From assembly GCA_964598205.1 (NCBI GenBank), contig CAZRBB010000002.1:1-50458 (forward strand): 50,458 nt of DNA. The letters run 5' to 3'. The notes beneath the pieces are model-generated. The model searched no databases and was not told the origin of the DNA. It worked only from the letters and a program-made list of their open reading frames with translations. Made by a program: the position numbers and the translations under genes. Below are positions 31,783 to 40,377 of this stretch, one piece after another (position 1 is the first letter of the stretch; each line of letters begins with the position of its first letter). The stretch is from an uncultured Candidatus Saccharibacteria bacterium. GTDB lineage: Bacteria > Patescibacteriota > Minisyncoccia > CAIUEV01 > JAHKAQ01.

Positions 31783-33606
31783 ATGCTTTTAAATAAAATA
31801 AGAAGCCCTAGAGATCTAAAGAAGCTTAAGAAACAAAAGTTAGAAGAATTGGTTAGGGAAATTCGCGCATTTTTGATTCTTAATGTTTCTAAAACTGGTG
31901 GCCACCTGGCTTCTAACTTAGGAGTGGTGGAGTTAACCGTTGCTCTGCATCGGTTCTTAGATTGTCCGCGCGACCAATTGATTTGGGATGTTGGTCATCA
32001 GTGTTACACGCATAAAATTCTTACTGGTCGCCGACGGCAATTTTGTTCACTCAGGCAAAAAGGTGGTTTAAGCGGTTTTCCTAAGAGAGAAGAAAGTGTC
32101 TACGATTCTTTTGGGGCTGGTCATGCCAGTACCTCTCTTTCAGCGGCGATCGGCATGGCAGAAGCTTTTAAAAAGCATGGGGAAAAAAGACGAGTTGTAG
32201 CGGTAATTGGTGACGGGGCCCTAACTGGTGGCATGGCCCTAGAAGCACTGAATCAAGTTGGTTATTTGGGATCTAAGGTGATTATTATTTTGAATGATAA
32301 TCGGATGTCTATTTCCGAAAATGTTGGCGCACTCTCTCGTTATACCAAAAGGATAGAAAAAACGATTACCTATCAAAGAGTCAAAGAAGAAATAGATGAG
32401 CTTTTAGTAATGCGTAATTCTGGTAACGGAGAATTTTTAAAAAGAATTTCTTCCTTAAAAAAAAGCTTAAAGCAAGTAGGAACCCCTGGTTTGCTTTTTG
32501 AAAAGTTGGGAGTTAATTATATTGGTCCAGTAGATGGGCATTCGCTTTCTAGTTTAGAAAAAGCGCTTAAAAAAGCCGATAAAATAAAAGGTCCCGTACT
32601 GATTCATGCTCGAACCAAAAAGGGAATGGGCTATGAGCCAGCAGAAAAAGCGGCCGATCATTTTCATGGGATTAGTCCTTTTTGTGTTAAAACTGGCGAA
32701 CTGCTTGGCAAAAATTCTTCTGGTCGAACTTTTTCTGATTATTTTGGGAAAAAACTTTTAGACTTGGCGCGTTACGATAAAAAGATTGTGGCAATAACGG
32801 CAGCCATGCCAGAAGGAACGGGCGTGTCTTTTATGGCCAATGAATTACAAGATCAGTTTTATGATGTTGGTATTTCTGAACAGCACGCGGTAACTTTTGC
32901 CGCAGGGCTGGCTACACAGGGATTAAAACCGGTAGTAGCAATTTACTCGACTTTTATTCAGAGAGCTTACGATCAAATTATTCACGATGTTTGTTTGCAA
33001 AAGCTACCAGTAGTTTTTGCTTTAGATCGGGCGGGTTTGGTTGGAGAAGATGGGCCAACGCACCATGGTGTTTTTGATTTAAGTTTTTTGCGGCCGATTC
33101 CCAACTTAACAATTCTTGCTCCTAAAGATGGTCCTGAGTTGGAACGAATGTTAGAATTTGCTTTAAAATTAAAGGCGCCGGTGGTGATTCGCTATCCTCG
33201 TGGTTCTGGCGAACCGATTGCTTTTTCTTCCAAACGCGAATCTTTAGTAAAGGTGATTAAGATGGGTCGAGCGGAAAGGATTTTAAAAGGAAGAAAACAG
33301 GTGGTGGTTTCGGTGGGAAGCGAGTTTGAAAAAGCCATGGCCTATGCTTTACGGCAAAAAATAAAGCCAATTTTTTTTAACGCTCGTTTTGTAAAACCGG
33401 TAGATCCCTTGATTATTAAGGAGATTGCTCGAATCAAAAGAGCGATTATCTTTGAAGAAAATGTGACTGCTGGTGGTTTTGGGAGTGCCATCCTAGAAGC
33501 TTTGGCTAAGAAAGGGATTAAGGCCGAAGTAGAATTAAAAGGAATTGCCGAAGGTTTTTGTGATCAAGGAACACGGGAAGAATTAAAAAAGATTTATCTC
33601 AAATAA
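31783..33606 (+). CDS. dxs: 1-deoxy-D-xylulose-5-phosphate synthase
   Basis: GGHLASNLG, WDVGHQ.Y.HK, GDGALTGGM, ILNDN.MSI, DRAGLVGEDGPTHHG. Confidence 0.97.
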   Translation: MLLNKIRSPRDLKKLKKQKLEELVREIRAFLILNVSKTGGHLASNLGVVELTVALHRFLDCPRDQLIWDVGHQCYTHKILTGRRRQFCSLRQKGGLSGFPKREESVYDSFGAGHASTSLSAAIGMAEAFKKHGEKRRVVAVIGDGALTGGMALEALNQVGYLGSKVIIILNDNRMSISENVGALSRYTKRIEKTITYQRVKEEIDELLVMRNSGNGEFLKRISSLKKSLKQVGTPGLLFEKLGVNYIGPVDGHSLSSLEKALKKADKIKGPVLIHARTKKGMGYEPAEKAADHFHGISPFCVKTGELLGKNSSGRTFSDYFGKKLLDLARYDKKIVAITAAMPEGTGVSFMANELQDQFYDVGISEQHAVTFAAGLATQGLKPVVAIYSTFIQRAYDQIIHDVCLQKLPVVFALDRAGLVGEDGPTHHGVFDLSFLRPIPNLTILAPKDGPELERMLEFALKLKAPVVIRYPRGSGEPIAFSSKRESLVKVIKMGRAERILKGRKQVVVSVGSEFEKAMAYALRQKIKPIFFNARFVKPVDPLIIKEIARIKRAIIFEENVTAGGFGSAILEALAKKGIKAEVELKGIAEGFCDQGTREELKKIYLK

Positions 33607-33610
33607 AAGA

Positions 33611-34165
33611 ATGAGGAAATCGATTACTATTGGTCATGAAAAAATAGAACTCTTAATAGAAAGAAGTTCACGCGTTAAAAGATTAAAGTTGGCTATTTGC
33701 CCTGGTGGGACGCTTAGGGCCACGATACCTACTCTTTGGGATTTGAATTTGCTAAAGGATTTTATTGGAAAAAACAAGTTTTGGATTCTAGAAAAATTAG
33801 CTGGTGCTAGAAAAAGAAATGTGAGTTTCCTACAAAAAGGTGGCCGACGAGAATATTTAGCCAATAGGGAGCATGCACGCCGATTGATTAGAGTAAAAAT
33901 AGAGGAATGGAATAGTAATGGACGATTTTTAGTGAATAGAATTTTTATTCGCAATCAAAAAACGCGGTGGGGTAGCTGTTCTTCTAATGGAAACTTGAAT
34001 TTTAATTGGCGCGTGGTTTACTTAGAAGAACCGCTAGTTGATTATTTAGTGGTTCACGAACTTTGCCATTTGGAAGAGATGAATCATTCACCAGATTTTT
34101 GGCAACTAGTGGCAGAACTTTTTCCTAATTACAAAAAGACAAGGAGAGAATTAAGAAGACTGTAA
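33611..34165 (+). CDS. YgjP/DUF45-family zinc metalloprotein
   Basis: QKTRWGSCS, LNFNW, YLVVHELCHL..NHS..FW. Confidence 0.88.
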   Translation: MRKSITIGHEKIELLIERSSRVKRLKLAICPGGTLRATIPTLWDLNLLKDFIGKNKFWILEKLAGARKRNVSFLQKGGRREYLANREHARRLIRVKIEEWNSNGRFLVNRIFIRNQKTRWGSCSSNGNLNFNWRVVYLEEPLVDYLVVHELCHLEEMNHSPDFWQLVAELFPNYKKTRRELRRL

Positions 34166-34169
34166 GCAT

Positions 34170-34260
34170 AATTACGAATAACGAATTTTGAATTTCGATT
34201 AAAACTATAAATTATAATTTTAAAATTTATTCGAAATTCAAAATTTAAAACTTATAATTC
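34170..34260. repeat. AT-rich heptamer-based palindromic element
   Basis: AATTTTGAATTTCGATTAAA ... TTTATTCGAAATTCAAAATT, a 20-bp inverted repeat with 1 mismatch. Confidence 0.8.
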
Positions 34261-34266
34261 AATAAG

Positions 34267-35451
34267 ATGGTACCGAAAAAAATTGTGGTTTTGGGATCGA
34301 CTGGTTCGGTGGGAACTCAGGCCTTAGCAATAATTAAGAAATTTCCCGAACGCTTTTCTTTATTAGGAATTTCTGCCAATAACAATACTTCTTTATTGCT
34401 TCAGCAATTAAGAGAGTTTAAACCAGCCTTTGTGGCAATGGCTTCTCCGTTGGCTACTAGCGAATTGAACCGAAAACTAGTTCAAGAAAAAGGAGCAGTT
34501 AGAAAAACAACTGTTTTTTCTGGCGCTAGGGGAGTTTGCTTACTGGCAACATTGCCAGAGGCAGATATTGTACTGGCGGCCGTTTCTGGTGCTGCGGGAA
34601 TCTTACCTGTAACCTCCGCAATTAATGCTGGAAAAAAAATTGCACTGGCAAATAAAGAATGCTTAGTGGCTGCTGGTGCGGTAATTACCGATTTATTAAA
34701 AAGCAATAATCAATCTTCAATTATTCCAGTGGATTCGGAACACTCGGCTATCTTTCAATGTTTATTAGGAGAAGAAATAAAAAGTGTAAAGAATTTGATT
34801 TTAACTTGTAGTGGGGGGTCGTTTTTAGAAACCTCTCAAAAGGATTTGGAGCGGGTCACAGTAAAAGAGGCCTTGAATCATCCTAATTGGAAAATGGGAG
34901 GCAAAATCACTATTGATTCAGCAACCCTAATGAATAAAGGGCTAGAAGTAATAGAAGCCCATTGGCTGTTTGGGATTCCTTTTTCTAGAATTAAAGTAAT
35001 GATTCATCCGCAAAGCCTAGTGCATTCTTTGGTGGAGTTCAAAGACCATTCCCTAAAAGCACAGCTAGGAAAGCCAACAATGCAAGTTCCGATTCAATTA
35101 GCTTTTACTTACCCCGAAAGAATTTTTAACGCCGACATTACAGCAATGACTTTTTCGGATTTTAATCGGCTGACTTTTTTTAAACCTGATTTAAAAAAGT
35201 TTCCTTGCTTAAGTTTGGCCTACGCAGCTGGGCGTGCTGGTGGGATAATGCCAGCCGTTTTGAATGCGGCCAACGAAGAGGCAGTGAGTTGGTTTTTAGC
35301 TGGGCGGATTAAATACCTAGATATTGCTAGGGTTGTTAGTCAGGTTTTGGAAAAAGAAGAAAACATTGCCAATCCCGATTTAGAGACAATTCTTAAGGTA
35401 GATAAAGTGGTAAGAAAAAAGACTAAACTTATCTTAAAAAAACTAAAATGA
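34267..35451 (+). CDS. dxr: DXP reductoisomerase
   Basis: LGSTGSVG, LANKE, PVDSEHSAIFQ, HPNWKMG.KITIDSATLMNKGLE, NAANE. Confidence 0.97.
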   Translation: MVPKKIVVLGSTGSVGTQALAIIKKFPERFSLLGISANNNTSLLLQQLREFKPAFVAMASPLATSELNRKLVQEKGAVRKTTVFSGARGVCLLATLPEADIVLAAVSGAAGILPVTSAINAGKKIALANKECLVAAGAVITDLLKSNNQSSIIPVDSEHSAIFQCLLGEEIKSVKNLILTCSGGSFLETSQKDLERVTVKEALNHPNWKMGGKITIDSATLMNKGLEVIEAHWLFGIPFSRIKVMIHPQSLVHSLVEFKDHSLKAQLGKPTMQVPIQLAFTYPERIFNADITAMTFSDFNRLTFFKPDLKKFPCLSLAYAAGRAGGIMPAVLNAANEEAVSWFLAGRIKYLDIARVVSQVLEKEENIANPDLETILKVDKVVRKKTKLILKKLK

Positions 35452-35951
35452 AGCAACCATTTATTCCCCCAATATTGACCGGCCTTGGCTGTGATTCGCA
35501 TCGCCTAGGAGATTCCAATAAGCCCCTTATTTTGGGCGGAGTAAAGATTTTACAAAACAATGGTCCATTCTCTAATAGCGATGGTGACGCGATTATTCAT
35601 GCCATTTGCAATGCTTTTGAAATTGCTGCGCAATCAGGATCAATCGCTTGCTATGCGGATTCAATGTGCCAAAAAGAGGGGATCACAGACAGTGCTTTTT
35701 ATTTGGATTTTGTGCAAAACGAGGCAATAAGAAAAGGTTTTGAGTTAATTAGCGTTAGTGTTTCAGTAGAAGCTAAGACCCCTCAGCTAGAGCCATTTTC
35801 TGCCAAAATTAAAGAAAGATTAAGCCAACTTTTGGGAATTAAAAAAGAATTTATTGGACTTACTTTTACTAGCGGTGAAGATCTAACGCAGGCGGGATTA
35901 GGGAAGGGGATTAGTGTTTTAGCTTTAGCGAATTTTAGAGAAATAAAATGA
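35448..35951 (+). CDS. ispF: MEcPP synthase
   Basis: G.G.DSHR, LILGGV, SDGDA..HA, T.GE.L...G.G.GI. Confidence 0.88.
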   Translation: MKQPFIPPILTGLGCDSHRLGDSNKPLILGGVKILQNNGPFSNSDGDAIIHAICNAFEIAAQSGSIACYADSMCQKEGITDSAFYLDFVQNEAIRKGFELISVSVSVEAKTPQLEPFSAKIKERLSQLLGIKKEFIGLTFTSGEDLTQAGLGKGISVLALANFREIK

Positions 35952-36841
35952 TCCAAGAAGTAATTACTATTAAGGCGCCAGCCAAAATCAATTTGGGGCT
36001 AGAAGTTTTAGGAAAAAGAAAGGACGGTTACCACGAGCTTTCTTCTGTAATAACTACCATTGGTCTTTTTGACACAGTAAAATTGAAAATAAAATTTTTA
36101 CCAGCTGGTTCGGCGACTTCTATAAAAATTTATTCCAAAGCTAAAGACTTACCATTAGGAAATGAAAATAATGCGTATCGGGCAGCGGAGATTTTTTTAA
36201 AAAAAGTTTCTCCTAAGTTTAAAAAGCCTTTTTTATTGGAAATAACAATTAAAAAAAGAATCCCTTTAGCCGGGGGTTTAGGAGGTTCCGGCACCGATGC
36301 TGCCGCCGTAATTTTAGGATTGAACCGTCTTTTAGGACTAAAGCTATCTTTAAAAACGCTAAAAGAAATTGCTCTAAAAGTGGGTTCAGAAGTGCCGTTT
36401 TTTATTTTGGGTGGGGTTTCTTTGATTGCTGGCAGGGGAGAACGGGTTAAAAATATTTCCTTAGAACCATTGAAGGTGCCATTGCTTTTGATTTTTAAAA
36501 ATGAACCATGGCTTACAGCCGATTCTTTTTTAGGAATGGGTCCTTTTTTAAAAAACAAAATAAAGAGCGGTGCGGTATTAAAAGTGGCAACGAAAATAAG
36601 AAAGGGAGAGCCGGCGGTTTCTTGGATTCCTTTTTTAGTGAACAATTTAGAGCATTCTCTGCGGACAGATAAAAAATATCTTTTTTCTACTAAGCAATCC
36701 CTAAAAGAATCCGGTGCCCTAGTGGCGTTGTTATCTGGCTCTGGTTCCACTATTTACGGAATCTACCCCGACAACTATACTTTAGGGGTAGCGGCTAAAA
36801 AATTGAGCCAAGATTATTTTTTAGTAAAAATTCCAGCATGA
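35948..36841 (+). CDS. ispE: CDP-ME kinase
   Basis: APAKINL.L, DGYHEL, K.IP..GGLGGSG.DAA, N.LE, SGSGST. Confidence 0.92.
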   Translation: MIQEVITIKAPAKINLGLEVLGKRKDGYHELSSVITTIGLFDTVKLKIKFLPAGSATSIKIYSKAKDLPLGNENNAYRAAEIFLKKVSPKFKKPFLLEITIKKRIPLAGGLGGSGTDAAAVILGLNRLLGLKLSLKTLKEIALKVGSEVPFFILGGVSLIAGRGERVKNISLEPLKVPLLLIFKNEPWLTADSFLGMGPFLKNKIKSGAVLKVATKIRKGEPAVSWIPFLVNNLEHSLRTDKKYLFSTKQSLKESGALVALLSGSGSTIYGIYPDNYTLGVAAKKLSQDYFLVKIPA

Positions 36842-36975
36842 TTTTATTTAAGATTTTAGCGATTTTTATTTCTTTAGTTGTTTTTGTTTTTGGTGCCCTG
36901 CAGACTAAAACCGAGATTGGTTTTTTTGGATTTTTAGGATTAGTTATTTCTTTAGCATGGCTTCTTATAGAGTAA
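36838..36975 (+). CDS. 45-aa two-TM microprotein (not in the ORF track)
   Basis: MILFKILAIFISLVVFVFGALQTKTEIGFFGFLGLVISLAWLLIE; ATGA overlap with the ispE stop and overlap with the ispG start. Confidence 0.65.
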   Translation: MILFKILAIFISLVVFVFGALQTKTEIGFFGFLGLVISLAWLLIE

Positions 36976-37997
36976 ATATTGGTCCTATTTCTATTGGAGG
37001 AGGAAGCCCCATCGCCATTCAATCAATGTGCGATACTTTAACTGTCAATGTTTCTTTTACGGTTAATCAAATTAAAAGATTAGAAAAATTAGGCTGTGAG
37101 ATTATTAGAGTTGCTGTTCCCGACCAAAAAAGCGCTACGGCGCTTTCTTTAATTAAATCTCAAATTAAAATTCCATTAGTTGCCGACATTCATTTTGATT
37201 ATCGATTAGCGCTGGCTTCCTTGGAAGCCGGTGTTGATAAAATTAGGATTAATCCGGGAAATATTGGTAGTGAAGAGAAGTTAAAAGAGATAATTAAAAG
37301 AGCGCAAAAAAAGAACGCAGCGATTAGGATTGGTGTAAATGCTGGATCCTTGGAACCGAGTCTTTTAAAAAAATATGGAGCACCAACGGCTGAGGCTTTA
37401 GTGGAGTCGGCGTTGAAAAGTGTTCGTTTTTTTGAAAAACAGAAATTTAAAAACTTGGTAATTTCGCTAAAGAGTAGTTCTGTTTCGGTAACCATAGAGG
37501 CTTACCGTTTGATTGCCCAAAAAACCAATTATCCGTTGCATTTGGGTTTAACAGAAGCCGGTCCATTGATTCCTGGCACAGTAAAATCGGCCCTAGCCTT
37601 GGGTACGCTTTTAAAAGAGGGGATTGGTGACACTATTCGGGTTTCTTTAAGCGAGAAGCCGGAAAAGGAATTGGCGGTGGCCAAAGAAATCCTAAAAGCG
37701 GCTGGTCGGCGAGAAGGCGTGGAAATCATTGCTTGCCCTACCTGTGCGCGGACGGCACTGAATGTTAAAAAAACTGCTCAACTTTTGGAGAAAGCTTTTT
37801 CTATGGATCCAAGACCTCTAAAGATTGCGGTAATGGGTTGCTTGGTAAACGGTCCCGGAGAAGCTAAGGAAGCGGATGTTGGCGTTTGTGGCTTAGAAGA
37901 AGGTTCCAAAGAGGTAATGCTTTTTGCTCGGGGAAAACTTTTGGGAAAGATTAATCAAGAAAAAGTTGTAGAAGAAATTAAGAAGCTAATTGCTTAA
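36957..37997 (+). CDS. ispG: HMBPP synthase
   Basis: IQSM, PLVADIHF, RINPGNIG, RIGVNAGSL, HLGLTEAG, GDTIRVSL, CPTC, MGC.VNGPGE. Confidence 0.97.
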   Translation: MASYRVNIGPISIGGGSPIAIQSMCDTLTVNVSFTVNQIKRLEKLGCEIIRVAVPDQKSATALSLIKSQIKIPLVADIHFDYRLALASLEAGVDKIRINPGNIGSEEKLKEIIKRAQKKNAAIRIGVNAGSLEPSLLKKYGAPTAEALVESALKSVRFFEKQKFKNLVISLKSSSVSVTIEAYRLIAQKTNYPLHLGLTEAGPLIPGTVKSALALGTLLKEGIGDTIRVSLSEKPEKELAVAKEILKAAGRREGVEIIACPTCARTALNVKKTAQLLEKAFSMDPRPLKIAVMGCLVNGPGEAKEADVGVCGLEEGSKEVMLFARGKLLGKINQEKVVEEIKKLIA

Positions 37998-38067
37998 TGA
38001 TTTCCCAAGGACTCGCTTGGACAGACAAGGCTCTGAGTCTGTCCAAGCGAGTCCTTGGGAAATCATT
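37996..38067. repeat. Perfect 31-bp-stem hairpin with loop AAGGCTCTGA
   Basis: 37996-38026 is the exact reverse complement of 38037-38067. Confidence 0.95.
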
Positions 38068-38089
38068 CAATTAAAAAGCTTCAAAAGTT

Positions 38090-38167
38090 TCACAGAAACC
38101 AGAGAAGTATCCGTTCAGTAGACTAAGAGCCGTGTCTACTGAACGGATACTTCTCTGGTTTCTGTGA
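38090..38167. repeat. Perfect 34-bp-stem hairpin with loop TAAGAGCCGT (reverse complement of ACGGCTCTTA)
   Basis: 38090-38123 is the exact reverse complement of 38134-38167. Confidence 0.95.
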
Positions 38168-38325
38168 GCGGGAACAAGGAGCCTCCTCAAAGAATATCGA
38201 TTTTAAGAAAATTATAAATCAGAACAAATCATGCTAATTTGATTTGCTGTTTGATTAGATTTTTTTATATTGTATTATAAAGGGCGTAGCTTTTTTTGTT
38301 TTTTTCTTAACCAACAAAACGCTTT

Positions 38326-39036
38326 ATGAAGAAGCTTTTGCATTTGGCAATTATTCCCGATGCCAACCGTCGCTGGGCTCGAAAGAGAGGTCTTAAGCCA
38401 TGGGAAGGACACGAGGCGGGGGCTAAAAATTTGGAAAAGATCCTAGAAGCGGCCAAGGCCGAAGGCATTAAATTTATTTCCTTTTGGGGATCGTCAGAAG
38501 ACAATTTAGAAAAAAGGCCCTTTCTAGAAAAAAGGGCTCTTTTAGATATTTACGAAAGATATTTTAAAAAGCTGATTGAATCACCAAATATTCATCAAGA
38601 TCAAGTAAGAATAAATGTTTTAGGAGAATGGGAGAGTCAATTTCCTCCTGGACTAAAAAAAATTATTAAAGAGACGATTAAAAAGACTGCTGGTTATCAA
38701 AAATTTTTCTTGAATTTTTTCTTGGCTTATTCAGGTGACAAAGAAATGGAAAGAGCTATAATTAAAGTAGCGGAAGATTTTAAGTTGGGGATGGTAAAAA
38801 AAATAACACCAGAAGTTATTAAAAACCGCCTTCTGACTAAAGATTTACCACCAGTAGATCTTTTGATTCGTACCGGTTCTACCGATGATCCTCATTTTTC
38901 TACCGGATTTATGATGTGGGACACAAAAGACGCACAACTTTTTTTCTCTCCCAAAGAGTGGCCTGGTTTTAAAAAGAGTGATTTAACACTGGCGCTCAAA
39001 AGTTATTACGGTCGCTTTCGTCGTTACGGAAGCTAA
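38326..39036 (+). CDS. uppS: Cis-prenyltransferase (undecaprenyl diphosphate synthase)
   Basis: HLAIIPDANRRWA, GH..G, S..N..R, AYSG, DLLIRTG, R.YG. Confidence 0.9.
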   Translation: MKKLLHLAIIPDANRRWARKRGLKPWEGHEAGAKNLEKILEAAKAEGIKFISFWGSSEDNLEKRPFLEKRALLDIYERYFKKLIESPNIHQDQVRINVLGEWESQFPPGLKKIIKETIKKTAGYQKFFLNFFLAYSGDKEMERAIIKVAEDFKLGMVKKITPEVIKNRLLTKDLPPVDLLIRTGSTDDPHFSTGFMMWDTKDAQLFFSPKEWPGFKKSDLTLALKSYYGRFRRYGS

Positions 39037-39066
39037 GACCTAGTTTTAAAAAGTAATTCTAAAAAA

Positions 39067-39387
39067 ATGGAAAAATTAAATGTGGGTGATGCTAATTTTC
39101 AAAAAGAAATAAAAGAATGTGAAGGAGTTTCCTTGGTTGATTTTTGGGCTCCTTGGTGTGGTCCTTGCCAAATGATGACTCCAGTAATGGAAGAATTGGC
39201 CGAAAGCTATAAGGGTAAGGCTAAAATTGCCAAGTTAAATGTGGACGAAAATCCAGGGATTTCTCAGGAATTCGAAGTAATGTCTATTCCTTCGTTAATC
39301 TTTTTTAAAGACGGAAAAGAAGTAGAACGATTAATCGGTGCTCACGACAAAGAAGAAATTATTGCCAAACTAGAAAAACTTCTCTAA
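39067..39387 (+). CDS. trxA: Thioredoxin
   Basis: DFWAPWCGPC, NVDEN, SIPSL. Confidence 0.96.
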   Translation: MEKLNVGDANFQKEIKECEGVSLVDFWAPWCGPCQMMTPVMEELAESYKGKAKIAKLNVDENPGISQEFEVMSIPSLIFFKDGKEVERLIGAHDKEEIIAKLEKLL

Positions 39388-39411
39388 AGGAACAAGTTAA
39401 TTATTCAAAGT

Positions 39412-40365
39412 ATGCCAGAAACTATTTACGATACGATTATTATTGGGGCGGGTCCGGCCGCCTTGAGCGCTTCGGTTTATGCTTCTCGTTATTTTTTAAG
39501 CCATTTATTAATTGGCGACTCCTTGGGTGGCACAATGGCTTATGCTCATAAAGTAGAAAATTATCCGGGGATTAAAAGTATTAGTGGGTTAGAACTGGCT
39601 TCTAAAATGGAAGAACAGATAAAAAGTTTTGGTGCCCCGCTTATTTTTGGAGAAGTAAAAGGAATTAAGAAAAGTGAAAATTGTTTTTTAGTAACAGCCG
39701 CTAATTCTTCTGGCAAAAATAAGGTTTATTCTGCTAAGTCTTTGATTATTGCTACCGGAATGCGTCGTCGGTTACTGGGCGTGCCAGGAGAAAAAGAATT
39801 GTCTGGACGGGGTGTTAGTTATTGCTCTACTTGTGATGCTGCTTTTTTTAAAAATAAAAAAGTGGTGGTAATTGGTGGATCTAATGCGGCTACTATGGCT
39901 GCTGTTCATTTGGCAGAATATGCCGATCAAGTTTTTTTAATGTATAGAGGAGAAAAATTAAAAGGAGAACCTGCTTGGAATAAAAAAGCACTAGACGATA
40001 AAAAAGTGACGGTGCTTTTTAATATGGAAATTACTAAGATTTGGGGTGAATCCAAGGTGGAAAAAGTAACCCTAAGCAATCCTTATAATAACTCAACCGA
40101 GCTTTTGGTGGATGGAGTTTTTATAGAAGTTGGCTTTACACCAACTTCGGCCATTGCTTTGGAACTAGGGATAGAGCTTGATTCTGGTGGATTTATAAAA
40201 GTAGATGCTGCCGGCAAAACTAATGTTCCTGGGATTCTGGCCGCTGGAGATATTACCAATGGTAGTAATGGTTTTCGGCAAATAGTGACCGCAATTAGCG
40301 AAGGGGCAATTGCTGTTAAAACTGTTTTTGATTTAAAATCCAAAAAAGAGATCGACTATTTTTAG
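39412..40365 (+). CDS. trxB: Thioredoxin reductase
   Basis: IIGAGPA, ENYPG, GVSYCSTCD, AAGD, QIVTA..EG. Confidence 0.93.
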   Translation: MPETIYDTIIIGAGPAALSASVYASRYFLSHLLIGDSLGGTMAYAHKVENYPGIKSISGLELASKMEEQIKSFGAPLIFGEVKGIKKSENCFLVTAANSSGKNKVYSAKSLIIATGMRRRLLGVPGEKELSGRGVSYCSTCDAAFFKNKKVVVIGGSNAATMAAVHLAEYADQVFLMYRGEKLKGEPAWNKKALDDKKVTVLFNMEITKIWGESKVEKVTLSNPYNNSTELLVDGVFIEVGFTPTSAIALELGIELDSGGFIKVDAAGKTNVPGILAAGDITNGSNGFRQIVTAISEGAIAVKTVFDLKSKKEIDYF

Positions 40366-40377
40366 ACTAACTTGTTT

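Noticed and set aside
37996..38167. Long hairpins as ordinary Rho-independent terminators
   Set aside because: Stems exceed 30 bp, lack U-tracts and share a conserved loop in both orientations; they may still pause or terminate transcription.
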